A DNA stretch of 64,000 nt from Candidatus Obscuribacterales bacterium. GTDB lineage: Bacteria; Cyanobacteriota; Vampirovibrionia; Obscuribacterales; Obscuribacteraceae. This document shows, piece by piece, positions 29,035 to 38,499 of this stretch. The stretch spans positions 3,648,001 through 3,712,000 of the forward strand of contig CBDDIJ010000003.1 in NCBI GenBank assembly GCA_965228855.1, given 5' to 3'. The notes beneath the pieces are model-generated. The model was not told where the DNA came from. It made no database searches and worked only from the letters and a program-made list of their open reading frames with translations. Numbering within the stretch: position 1 is the stretch's first letter; each line of letters begins with the position of its first letter. The position numbers and the translations under genes were made by a program.

Positions 29035-30015
29035 CTAAGCGCCACGTTCTCCGGACTCGAGTTCCTTTATAAACTCGCAGAGCTTCTCGGCATCAGCATT
29101 GTCGGGAAGAATCCCAGCCGCCTTCTCCAGACAGTCGTAAGCTCCGGAGAAATCCTCACTCAGGGCACGCACTCGAGCCAGGTGCAGCCATCCGTTCAAA
29201 TAATTCGGGTTGAGCGACAGCGCCTTTTCCAAAATCTTCTGGGACTTCAGAATATTTCCTTCGCCCAGGTAGAGAAAACCAAGATTACCATGCGGCCATT
29301 CAAAGTCCGGATATTCTTCGATCAGCGCCTCAAATACTTCCTTGGCACCGTCGATATCACCAGCCATCATCAGGTTGTACCCGGAGATGTTTCGTTGCTC
29401 CGCCATGAGCGGCACCGGAAATCTGGGCAATCTGGCTTGCAAGAAATTCTTGGCTTTCACGCCCCAGTCGCCGGCACCATCTCCTTCGATTGCGTATGTG
29501 AGCGCATCGCGAGCCTGTTCTGTCCAGCCAAGTTCCTTGTAGTGAACTCCAAGCTCGTAGAACTCGCGAGGAGTTAAATCAGTCGGCACCACGCGCGGTG
29601 GCGGCTCCTCGGCTCCGGCCACAGACACGACCTCGACCAACTCCTCGATAAATTTGCTTACTTTATCCTCGGGAACCCCGAGCGCAGTGAGCTGCTCCCG
29701 GATGTCATCCAGATGTTGCTTCGAGTCGGAGTCGCCTGTTCCATCGGCATCGTCGTGGTCGTTGCTTGCCTGTTGTTGAAGCAGTTTCATCACCGCATTC
29801 GTTAGGTTCGCCCCAATCCTCGCACCTTGCTGATAGCCCCGCCGAGCCTCCTCGTCAAGCTTGTCGCCGTTCGGTGTGTCCTCCGGCTCCTCATAGCCAA
29901 GCGTGAAAGCCTCCGTCGCCTGGTCATTCTTTCCCATGAGCAGGTACTTGATTCCCAAACGTCGATATTCACGAGCCGATAGTCCGGTGGGCAATTCGTC
30001 CGGCGGTAACGCCAT
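29035..30015 (-). CDS. TPR-repeat protein
   Basis: Duplicated module PTGLSAREYRRLG / PTDLTPREFYELG; C-terminal TPRs (PHGNLGFLY, ALSLNPNY). Confidence 0.8.
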   Translation of the reverse strand: MALPPDELPTGLSAREYRRLGIKYLLMGKNDQATEAFTLGYEEPEDTPNGDKLDEEARRGYQQGARIGANLTNAVMKLLQQQASNDHDDADGTGDSDSKQHLDDIREQLTALGVPEDKVSKFIEELVEVVSVAGAEEPPPRVVPTDLTPREFYELGVHYKELGWTEQARDALTYAIEGDGAGDWGVKAKNFLQARLPRFPVPLMAEQRNISGYNLMMAGDIDGAKEVFEALIEEYPDFEWPHGNLGFLYLGEGNILKSQKILEKALSLNPNYLNGWLHLARVRALSEDFSGAYDCLEKAAGILPDNADAEKLCEFIKELESGERGA

Positions 30016-30105
30016 TAGCTCTTCCTTGGATCTCCAGAGTTCGATCTAGATTTACCCGCCAGAAAGATATATAGACTTATATCGGCGAAAAACTTTTGAG
30101 ATTCA

Positions 30106-30149
30106 GAAAGAAAAGCCTGAATTCAGCACGCAGGCGCGAATCCAGGCTT
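30106..30149 (-). terminator. Intrinsic terminator after the metallothionein-like gene
   Basis: On the minus strand AAGCCTGGATTC pairs with GAATTCAGGCTT (12 bp, one G-U) and is followed by TTCTTTC. Confidence 0.75.
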
Positions 30150-30179
30150 CTTAAAAATTAGATTTTTGTTGTCGAACGA

Positions 30180-30335
30180 TTAGGCGGCACACTCTTTGCA
30201 GCCGTTTTCACACGAGCAGCATTCGCAGCAGCAATCGCAATTCGCGCACTTGCCGCAACTTTTGTCGCTACATTTTGCGCAATTAGAGTCCTTACAACAA
30301 TCTTCTTTCTTACAGCACTCGTTCTTTTCGCTCAT
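30180..30335 (-). CDS. Metallothionein-like Cys-rich peptide, 51 aa (not in the ORF track)
   Basis: Hand translation MSEKNECCKKEDCCKDSNCAKCSDKSCGKCANCDCCCECCSCENGCKECAA*; 17 Cys, no His or aromatic residues; GAGGT RBS 5 nt before ATG; 31 nt downstream of the ArsR/SmtB gene; terminator follows. Confidence 0.85.
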   Translation of the reverse strand: MSEKNECCKKEDCCKDSNCAKCSDKSCGKCANCDCCCECCSCENGCKECAA

Positions 30336-30366
30336 TTTAAACCTCACTTGCAGTAAACAAAGCCGG

Positions 30367-30792
30367 TCACTCGCCTGGAGTAACCATGCTAACTATTCCG
30401 TCTCGACTACCCTCACTGTCACGAAGCAGGCACACTGCTTTATGCAACAGGTCGATTATGCAGGTGTCTATCACCTTGTAGTAGACATTCGTACCAACGC
30501 GACGGGTTGAAACAATTCCGCGGTCCGAAAGGCGCTGCAATTGATTTGATACAGCCTGCGGTTTCATGCCGAGAGATACGGCAAGGTCGCAAACGCACAT
30601 TTCTTTCGCTAAGGCCAGTGTGTGCAGAAGTTTCAGCCGAGTGTCATTGGCGAGGATTTTGAACAAGTCTTCCAATTCCGAAGCGTCTCTGTCAGAGAGG
30701 GGAGCTTCGTCTGGAAAGACAAATTCAGTTGGACAACATTGTTGCCGAACCTCACTCTTGTCTACGCTTGAACTGGTCACCTGATACTCCAT
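30367..30792 (-). CDS. ArsR/SmtB-family metalloregulator
   Basis: LFKILANDTRLKLL, EMCVCDLA, AVSNQLQRL, RRVGTNVYY; N-terminal CC. The start may be GTG 30780 behind GGAG. Confidence 0.92.
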   Translation of the reverse strand: MEYQVTSSSVDKSEVRQQCCPTEFVFPDEAPLSDRDASELEDLFKILANDTRLKLLHTLALAKEMCVCDLAVSLGMKPQAVSNQLQRLSDRGIVSTRRVGTNVYYKVIDTCIIDLLHKAVCLLRDSEGSRDGIVSMVTPGE

Positions 30793-30824
30793 TTATTTCG
30801 GGCAATTGAGTCACCAATTTCATT

Positions 30825-30844
30825 ATTACACCAGATCGTGTAAT
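30825..30844. promoter_or_regulatory. Candidate ArsR/SmtB operator
   Basis: Perfect inverted repeat ATTACAC-N6-GTGTAAT in the AT-rich region just upstream of the regulator gene. Confidence 0.6.
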
Positions 30845-30995
30845 TGTGTACATTAATTGTGGTTCCAGACACAGAACGTCCTATTTTATAGAACTGGAAA
30901 CCGTTTTCAGTTTCATTCCTGCTTATATTATGGGGTAGGCAAGCAGTTCTAAAACTTCCCTACACACAGGCTAATGACACCCATATCCATAGAAA

Positions 30996-33419
30996 CTAGC
31001 GTGACCCCATCGGCTCGCTTCCACCCACACGGAATACCACTGGGTCGCTGAACGCTCCAACAATCAACCGCTCTCCATTCAAAGACGCGGCGCGCACGCA
31101 ATAAGTCCCCGGCTCCAGGTCGGCAGTGGGAATTCGGAAAGTCGAACTCGTCTCGCCCGCAGTCCACCTCTTCGAAGCACGAGATGAAATTTCCGTTTCC
31201 CGATACGTTCTCTTATAAGTCTCAAAACATTCATTCGGTTTTGACAACTCTATAACCAAACCTTGCGCGCCATCAACCTCGGTATCACAAATGAAAACCG
31301 CCTCGTCTCCGCGCGCACTAAGACCCGTTGGAGATTGACTCAAATAGCGATTATCAGGGCGTAAGCGCGGAACATAGTCGGCGTCACTGGCGAGCCGCAC
31401 AGTCAAATCTTTGATGGCTTTGACGTTTCGTATCTGAAGATGCAATTTATCCACTGAAGGCTGCAAATACCAGCCAACCTGCTCTGCCAGGGCGAAACGG
31501 TACGTGTGGAGTTTCGCATCGCCAATCACATCGGAGTATGCTGCCGTTCCGTAAACATCACTCGCGACCCGTTTCCAATTCTCGCCCCACGAGAGGGTAG
31601 CATAGCCGCCGTCCCTGGTTCCCTCGCAAGAGAAGCGGATCTCTATCGCTTCACAAGACAGAGGTATCAACGAAGGATCAATCAAGATATCGTAGGAGGA
31701 AGATGTGGAACTATCGTCATGTTGCGTCACAATCAAATTGTGCGAAGCCAATGGCATCGCATCCGGTATCAGCTGAACGCGCGACAATTTGAGAGTCTCG
31801 GGCTCCCATTTCGTAACGACGCAAAAGGAGAGCAGATACTGCCGAAGTGCCGTCGCATTAATTAGATTGGCATCGCGCTCCGTGAAGTGCTCGCGATCGA
31901 GAATTTGCACTCGATGGTAGTTGGATTTGGGCATAAACGGCTCGTTCTGCGTCACCGGTAGCAACGCCTGGTTTAAGCCATAAGGTCCATCAATATTTAG
32001 AGGCGGGTTCAAAACTGCCACCTTCAGCTCTTCCGGCGTCTCCGCGATCATCCTGGCGAGTTGTAGCTGGAGAGACCGCGTTGCTTGAGAAGCCGCATTC
32101 CAGGCTTGATTGTTCACAAGATCGCAGACGAAGAAACAGATGATGAAACCCGCGCCGCAGATAATCGACACTGTCTTTCTCCAACTACGACCCGGAGCGA
32201 ACGTCGTTGCTGGCTGCATAATGAACAACGAAATTAGCAGGCAGAGTGGAACACTTGGGATGTAAAAACTTCGACTGCTGGCGAAGCTGTAGGTCAACGC
32301 CGCCGTTTTCAATTCGGGCAGCAAACTAGCGGCAAACCAGAATACGCAAAAAACGATAAGTCCGGTCATTGCACGCAGTTTTTTCAAACGGCTGAGCAGT
32401 GACACTGCTAACACGCCATAGAGTACTGCGAGAATTACAGGTATTGGAAAGGCGAAATTCAGATCCGGATTAAGCGGGACAAAAAGCATTCTCAGGCGTT
32501 CGATACTCGCCCATTGCCTGAGTGAATCGTCCAGACTAAAGATCTGCCAGAACGCGCCCTTGTAGCCGCCCCATATGGTGCCTAAAGCCAACCAGCGAAC
32601 CATCAAGTAAACGCAAAACACGGCGAACAGTTTCCAACATGATGGAACAATTGAGGCAAGTCTTTCCTTCCACGATGCTGATTTCAACATGCATAAAGCA
32701 GGCAGTAAAAGAATTAGCGAAACGGCGACTTCTTTGAACAGCAGCGCCACCGCATACGCTACCATTGACGCAAGCCCAGGTTGCCAACCTCCGACTCGAT
32801 GTTCGCGCATCCAGAGTAGAAGAGTAAGGACGAAAAACAAACCGGCGGCGCAATCCGGCCGGCCGCCCAACCAGACTATGGCCTCGGCTCCGACCGGAAA
32901 GACCGAGAACAATGCAGCGCAGAGAAACGCTGTGTAAACGTCACTGGCCCGGCAAAACTGCAATTGCGTTTTCGCACCGGTGACTTCGTCGCGACGAAAT
33001 CCGCTTCTCATCCATTGAAAAACTTCTCTCGCAAAAAAATATACGCACCAGATCGTCCCCACGTGCAGGGCAAGACTGGTGAGGTGATAGCCGAATGGAG
33101 AAACCCCAAACGTTAAGAAGTTAAAGGCAAGCAGAAACAGGGGAAGGGGCCGATAGAACAATTCGTAATCCGATGCGCCAAGCCAAGATGACGCAAATTC
33201 ATGTAGAAACAGTTCCGGCTTTTGAAGAGCAGAACTAGCGTATTGAATGTGAGAAAAATCGGAATTGAGAAAGTAGTTGTTCAGCGTCGAGTAATAGGCG
33301 AGCACCGGCAACAGCGCAAGAAGTAGCAACTGAATCCCAGTCACCAAAAATGTTTGATGAAACTCTTCCGGATTCTGTCGCGTAGCTTCTTGCGCCGTTG
33401 ATAGCATGTTCGAGATCAT
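30996..33419 (-). CDS. Polytopic membrane glycosyltransferase (GT-C, PMT/TMTC-like) with a large C-terminal soluble domain
   Basis: Motifs F.NSDF, FYRPL, PFGYHLTSLALH, EAIVWLGGR.D, ALLFKE, RSFYIPS; many TM segments. Confidence 0.75.
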   Translation of the reverse strand: MISNMLSTAQEATRQNPEEFHQTFLVTGIQLLLLALLPVLAYYSTLNNYFLNSDFSHIQYASSALQKPELFLHEFASSWLGASDYELFYRPLPLFLLAFNFLTFGVSPFGYHLTSLALHVGTIWCVYFFAREVFQWMRSGFRRDEVTGAKTQLQFCRASDVYTAFLCAALFSVFPVGAEAIVWLGGRPDCAAGLFFVLTLLLWMREHRVGGWQPGLASMVAYAVALLFKEVAVSLILLLPALCMLKSASWKERLASIVPSCWKLFAVFCVYLMVRWLALGTIWGGYKGAFWQIFSLDDSLRQWASIERLRMLFVPLNPDLNFAFPIPVILAVLYGVLAVSLLSRLKKLRAMTGLIVFCVFWFAASLLPELKTAALTYSFASSRSFYIPSVPLCLLISLFIMQPATTFAPGRSWRKTVSIICGAGFIICFFVCDLVNNQAWNAASQATRSLQLQLARMIAETPEELKVAVLNPPLNIDGPYGLNQALLPVTQNEPFMPKSNYHRVQILDREHFTERDANLINATALRQYLLSFCVVTKWEPETLKLSRVQLIPDAMPLASHNLIVTQHDDSSTSSSYDILIDPSLIPLSCEAIEIRFSCEGTRDGGYATLSWGENWKRVASDVYGTAAYSDVIGDAKLHTYRFALAEQVGWYLQPSVDKLHLQIRNVKAIKDLTVRLASDADYVPRLRPDNRYLSQSPTGLSARGDEAVFICDTEVDGAQGLVIELSKPNECFETYKRTYRETEISSRASKRWTAGETSSTFRIPTADLEPGTYCVRAASLNGERLIVGAFSDPVVFRVGGSEPMGSR

Positions 33420-33589
33420 AGCAAAGTTAAACTCATAAAATCTCGCCTGAATATGACTGTTTCGGCGTTCTGCGATATTAAGAACAAGTGTAATTTGCGA
33501 TCATCGCGGGTCCAGTTGCGATAAAATCTTGACTTGCGTTCTATATCTGGAACACCTGCGCAACTTACCGTCCTCTCGGACGAAAACTA

Positions 33590-34381
33590 GTGAATTCGAG
33601 TAACACAACGTTGAACATTGACGCGAAGCCTAAATATCAAGTAAAGCGCGGCGAGTTGTCCGTTGTTATCGCTCTTTGCCTGACGTCACTGCTCGCGGCT
33701 CCTGCAGAAAGCGCACTGTTTCCGGTCTTGGAAGAACATGCCCGTGCAACCAAAGATCTGGTTGCCGATATGAAGTGGACGAACGGCCAGGCTTTTATCG
33801 AAAATGCCCATAGCACGGCCAACTCGTTGAACGATTACACCGTAGAAACCCGCTTGACTGGTCAAATGCGCGACAAGTTGAAAGATGGTAACGGCAAATT
33901 TTTCTACAAGAAAAACAAGCGCGTTCGCGTCGAGGTTACCAAAGGATCGGTAAATAACGGCGCTGTGGTCGTGAGAAAGGAAGATGGCAGCGTCGAGGCC
34001 CGCGGTGGCGGCATGCTGAAGTTCATGAAAATGTCGCTACAGCCGGACTCCCGCATGTTGCAACTGCCTAATGGAAACAGCGTAGTCGCAAGTGACATTC
34101 CCAGTTTATTCGCAAGTGTCAAAGCCCGCTTGCGTAAAGGCAGTGCGAAAGCGCGGCTGGGTAGCGAGAGCTTAACGAGCAACCGATGGAAAGGGGCGGT
34201 CAAAGTCGTCGAAATTGTCGAAGGCGATTTCGATCAAGTTACCGACCGAATTTTCCTGAACCCCAAAAATAACTTGCCTGTCGAATGGGATGTTTTCAAA
34301 GACGGCTCACTGATTTCAGTCACGTTCTTCGACAATATGAAGGAGAACGTCGGTCTCGACGACAGCCTGTTCGACCTTTAG
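33590..34381 (+). CDS. Secreted LolA-like (DUF1571-like) protein
   Basis: Signal peptide; FFYKKNKRVRVEV, RIFLNPKNNLPV, NVGLDDSLFDL C-terminus. Confidence 0.65.
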   Translation: MNSSNTTLNIDAKPKYQVKRGELSVVIALCLTSLLAAPAESALFPVLEEHARATKDLVADMKWTNGQAFIENAHSTANSLNDYTVETRLTGQMRDKLKDGNGKFFYKKNKRVRVEVTKGSVNNGAVVVRKEDGSVEARGGGMLKFMKMSLQPDSRMLQLPNGNSVVASDIPSLFASVKARLRKGSAKARLGSESLTSNRWKGAVKVVEIVEGDFDQVTDRIFLNPKNNLPVEWDVFKDGSLISVTFFDNMKENVGLDDSLFDL

Positions 34382-34396
34382 CTAAAAACGTTCGCT

Positions 34397-35221
34397 ATGG
34401 AAACCGCCTGCAACAAGAGAAACAATTGGAGTTCAATCCACGTGCACATTCAAAACAAGAATCTCAAGCAATTTAGTCTGACACCACTAGCGGTGCTCAT
34501 GCTGATTACTCTGGCGGCACCGCAGAGCGCCGATTGTTTCCCTTCACTCGCATCCAAATCGGCAGACGGCTCGACTTCACCGGCTCCCCACAAGTCTGCC
34601 GACAGCGGCGGCGCCGAAGCGTCAGGGGACAAGTCCCCGAAGAACGGCGACTTGAAGATTTTCGCCTCAGGTCCAGGAGCCATGGGGCTCACCGACCTGC
34701 GCGACGTCGGTCTGTGCGTAATGCAAATTAAGCAGCAGGCGATCAACATCTATCTTGAAGCAACACGAAAGCCGGTGGACATCACCTGTGTCGCCACATT
34801 GGACGATCCCAGTCACATATCAGTGCACGGTCTTGCAAGTGATGCAAAATACCTGGAAGCACGTCCGGAATGGTTGACTTTCTACATCGGCACGATGGAG
34901 CCAATTATCCACCTCTTCAAGGAAGACGTTAAAGATGTGGAGACAGGCATAGAAAAAGTAATCGTTCCCAAAGGCACCAAAGACAAATTCGAAAAACTGT
35001 TCGACGATTACGAAACCGCTGTTAACTCGATGAACGAGCATCTCTCAAACATTTACGAAGAGATTCACGAATCCGACAACAATGTCAAAGTCGCAAAAGA
35101 AGCTATCAAAATCTTCGAACTTGCAGACAACATCGAAAAGGGCAGGCAAGAAGCCTTTCATCTACTGAAAGATTCTGCTGACACTAAAGAGACAGAAGAA
35201 CTGGACCGTAAGAAAAACTAA
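34397..35221 (+). CDS. Secreted helical hypothetical protein
   Basis: Hydrophobic signal-like segment; co-oriented 15 nt after the previous gene. Confidence 0.65.
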   Translation: METACNKRNNWSSIHVHIQNKNLKQFSLTPLAVLMLITLAAPQSADCFPSLASKSADGSTSPAPHKSADSGGAEASGDKSPKNGDLKIFASGPGAMGLTDLRDVGLCVMQIKQQAINIYLEATRKPVDITCVATLDDPSHISVHGLASDAKYLEARPEWLTFYIGTMEPIIHLFKEDVKDVETGIEKVIVPKGTKDKFEKLFDDYETAVNSMNEHLSNIYEEIHESDNNVKVAKEAIKIFELADNIEKGRQEAFHLLKDSADTKETEELDRKKN

Positions 35222-36621
35222 TTTGGATCAAGAAATTTCTTTCTTGCGCTTGCCGGCCACTTTTCAGAGATCGGGCGGATATGCTCGTCCGATGAGTTCC
35301 AGAGAGAGACTTCATTAAGTTCTGATTCGTCAGAAGCCTTTTCCGGCTTCATGCCCAGACACAACTCAGACTCTCCTCTCCAGCTTGGAATGAACGTAAG
35401 ACGTTTAGACCAGTGAAATCCTCCGCCGTCAACGCGTCGTGAGGAACCGGTTTGCACATCATAGACCGTCGTCCCCTCCTTCGTGCTCGGAATAGATACA
35501 AGATTTCCAGATGGATTGAACTCGAAGAATTCCATCAGGTCACCGCCAACTTCCGGCTCGTCTATTGGTATCATCCGCGATACCATCGCGCTCTTGCCGG
35601 GGCGAAACTGAAAAAGTGTGGGTCTGCGCACAATCTGTGGGCCCGTACCAGGCAATTCAACTGGAGCAGACGAGAAAACCAGACTTTGATCGGCAAGGCG
35701 ACGCACGCGGCTGTTTTTATTGAAATAAACAGACGCAAATTTACGTTTCTCACCTATTTGAACAACGCCCTCATTTACCTCATACTTAGCTGCCGTTAAC
35801 GATCCAATCAAGGAGGTCTGCTTCAAGTCGGCATCAGGAATGAGGGTGGGCAAATCGGCGTCGATGTAATAAAACTCGTTGCCATCAGAACTCCAATCGG
35901 GAAACGTCGAACATGCGTTTGAAACTACGGACGATGTTCCATCCATCGTCACAAGCGAAAGCGTGTAAGCGGTATCGAAAGAACTTTCGGGGCGGGTCAC
36001 AAGGAGAAACGCAGAGCCGGCTGGACTGATACGAACCTCCTTGACGTCGCGAAGCGTGCGAAAGATCTCTTTGCGATTTGATAAAGACTTTTCTGTCACA
36101 TCATACGTACAAAACCGATGAACACCCACATCAACTGTGGTTTTAACTGTATTCCAATTCTCGCCGGCAGCTGCCATTTCTTTGTCTTTATTTTCGCGCA
36201 AATAAATTACAGCTTCGCGATTAAAAGATAGATCTCCGACGACCTTTTCAAAATTCTTCCAATCGCCCTTGTTCTGCCTCGCGGCGGAAAGCATGGTATT
36301 GGCAGTATTCATTACCTTTTTCAGGTCACTAGCGGACTCAAGCGCGCGCACCTGCTCCCAGGTCGTAACCTTCTCATACTCAACCGCGAGCAAACGATTG
36401 CTCCCGCCGGCGAACCAGTCAACCAGTTCCACTCCAGGTTTAGCTTCGCCGATGTTTCCCTCGCTGTCTGCAATTCGCAAACCATCACCGGCAATCACCG
36501 CAGCAGCCGAACCGTCGGATGACCAGGAAATCCTCCTGGGGTCTTCACAAGCGGTCAGGAGAAGGACGGAAAACGCAGCGAGGACAGCAGCCTTGACACC
36601 ACTTTTAGTAGCAACTTTCAT
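35218..36621 (-). CDS. Lipoprotein with TolB-like beta-propeller repeats
   Basis: Lipobox LTAC; WSSDG, ISPAG, PDWSSDG and FNPSG repeats. Confidence 0.7.
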   Translation of the reverse strand: MKVATKSGVKAAVLAAFSVLLLTACEDPRRISWSSDGSAAAVIAGDGLRIADSEGNIGEAKPGVELVDWFAGGSNRLLAVEYEKVTTWEQVRALESASDLKKVMNTANTMLSAARQNKGDWKNFEKVVGDLSFNREAVIYLRENKDKEMAAAGENWNTVKTTVDVGVHRFCTYDVTEKSLSNRKEIFRTLRDVKEVRISPAGSAFLLVTRPESSFDTAYTLSLVTMDGTSSVVSNACSTFPDWSSDGNEFYYIDADLPTLIPDADLKQTSLIGSLTAAKYEVNEGVVQIGEKRKFASVYFNKNSRVRRLADQSLVFSSAPVELPGTGPQIVRRPTLFQFRPGKSAMVSRMIPIDEPEVGGDLMEFFEFNPSGNLVSIPSTKEGTTVYDVQTGSSRRVDGGGFHWSKRLTFIPSWRGESELCLGMKPEKASDESELNEVSLWNSSDEHIRPISEKWPASARKKFLDPN

Positions 36622-36794
36622 CTCGATTCCCTTTTTTAGTTTGCGACTCTATTTTGGATCTCCGGACCAATATAACAGGTCGCTCGGTCTAGAGGTCCGC
36701 AGCGAACTCCGTAACCAAGACGCCGAACAGCGTGAATTTAGGAGCATGACTAATTAAGCGAAGATAAAGGTCAGCGGAGAGGAACTAAAGAGAC

Positions 36795-38081
36795 CTAAAG
36801 CTGCTTCAAGGGACGCTCCCCCATCTCAACACGAAGACGAGTGAAGCTCAGTATCGCCTGATCTACCGAAACAACTCCGTAAGATATCAGAGCAAGCAGA
36901 TCGCGCGCGTATGAAACGACTCGACGATCTTCCTGCTGGATTCCAGCAAGCGATTTTTCCAAATTATTGCTGTCTAGAATCGACTTGATAATCGCGCGTT
37001 TTACTGATGCTTTGTCGCTAAACGACCGGCGCGGCACACCAAGAACTTCCTCAAAAAGATGAGGCTCGACCATAAGAGTGCGAATGATAGAACGCAATCC
37101 ATCGGGTGTCAGGAAGCCGCTCGTAACTAGAAATTGGTAGAGCGTAAGGTCCTTTGACTGCTTGTTCAATAACGATGACACATAATCCATCTTTTCTTGC
37201 TTCGCTCTCAAAGCCTTGAGTATGTCGACCGCTTCGCCGCCGGTCATATAACCATCTCGCACAAAACCAGTCAATCCATTCGCGGCGGATAGTACCGGCT
37301 GCTGAATAAAATCGAATCCGCGCAAGACATCCTCTAGCAAGAAATTGTTCGATTCGGCAAAACGTTCTGCCGGTTTTAAATCTTGTTCTGACACCATCTT
37401 TGATGTCAGCAGCAAGTCGCGTAATTGAAATTCGCTTTCGACTTCTGCTTCCGCAGTGTGCCTGTTTAAAAGCAATCGATTTCGAGGAAGGAAATCTTCT
37501 TTGGAAACACGCAGTCGCTTTAAACGAGTGACCGCATCACCAAACGTACTGCGACGTTCTCGAATTTCAGTTTGCAAATTCAACGCTTCAGAGACAACTA
37601 TTTCCGGGATTCGCGCGTCAATTGTGAGAATTCGCCCGATCGGCAGTCCGCATAATCCTTGAAGCGTAAGCGATGTGTCGAGATCGTTTTCACTGATTCG
37701 GTCTGACTCAAGCAGAAGTTCACCGATACGGACGATTGTGCCATCATCAATAGCGCAACCTAGCGCGACCAGAGCCTCTCGAATATTCCAATTTTCACGG
37801 CGAGCAATAAAGAAAGCCTCTTTAGCGTCCTCCAATTGAATTATTTTGCTTCGGACCAGGCAATGAAGCTGAACAAGGTTGGAAAGTTCGCCGTTTGTTA
37901 TCAGCCCTCTCAGGACAGTAGCCCGCCCGACGGGAACTTCAAGTTCCTGAGCGACTTGCAAGGTTTCGTCTAAAACATCGGGCGAAAGCACCTCGAGGAG
38001 CCCGAGAAACTCGCCTATCCTGATATTTGCGGGATCGAGTTCAGTCTCGATTCGCCTCTTGAACAGCTCGCCCATGCGCAA
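36795..38081 (-). CDS. Stand-alone protein with multiple MshEN-like (RxGxxL) repeats
   Basis: RMGELF, RIGEFL, RIGELLLESDRISENDLDTSLTLQ, PIGRIL, QLRDLLLTSKMVS; no ATPase motif. Confidence 0.65.
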   Translation of the reverse strand: MRMGELFKRRIETELDPANIRIGEFLGLLEVLSPDVLDETLQVAQELEVPVGRATVLRGLITNGELSNLVQLHCLVRSKIIQLEDAKEAFFIARRENWNIREALVALGCAIDDGTIVRIGELLLESDRISENDLDTSLTLQGLCGLPIGRILTIDARIPEIVVSEALNLQTEIRERRSTFGDAVTRLKRLRVSKEDFLPRNRLLLNRHTAEAEVESEFQLRDLLLTSKMVSEQDLKPAERFAESNNFLLEDVLRGFDFIQQPVLSAANGLTGFVRDGYMTGGEAVDILKALRAKQEKMDYVSSLLNKQSKDLTLYQFLVTSGFLTPDGLRSIIRTLMVEPHLFEEVLGVPRRSFSDKASVKRAIIKSILDSNNLEKSLAGIQQEDRRVVSYARDLLALISYGVVSVDQAILSFTRLRVEMGERPLKQL

Positions 38082-38464
38082 ACAGAATCCGTTTTTTTGC
38101 CGTATTGAATGTGATCTACCTCTATTTTATATAACTTAATCCTCGGTTCCATCGTCTGCAAGGCAGATCAGGCCTAAATATTCACGCCCGAACCTATGAC
38201 AACTTCGACTGCAAGAAAAGCGTTTCGGAAACAGAAATAGAATTTTTCCAGAATAAAAAAAAATGCCTGCAAAACCTTTGACACCAAACTCAGTATCACT
38301 TTCAATACTCCCTATTAAAAAAATAGCATCGATCATGACACCAGAAGTGATACCAGATTAAAACCACTACAAGCTAACATACTATTTCGCGCTTCTCTCT
38401 TTGATCTAATATGTAATTTGAAACACCGCATAGGGTGCCGTTTTCACAATTAGAAACGGGGGGC

Positions 38465-38493
38465 TTGTCACATCTCCGAGCGTGGTATATAGT
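38465..38493 (+). promoter_or_regulatory. Near-consensus sigma70 promoter
   Basis: TTGTCA (38465-38470), 17-nt spacer, TATAGT (38488-38493). Confidence 0.65.
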
Positions 38494-38499
38494 TGCTAA

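Noticed and set aside
30180..30335. Cys-rich peptide as a RiPP precursor
   Set aside because: No leader/core division and no YcaO, radical SAM, LanM or peptidase-transporter gene nearby; the metal-sensor context explains it better.
30196..30510. 104-aa Q/S/H-rich plus-strand ORF in the ORF track
   Set aside because: It is the antisense shadow of the metallothionein-like and arsR genes; the RBS and terminator support the minus strand.
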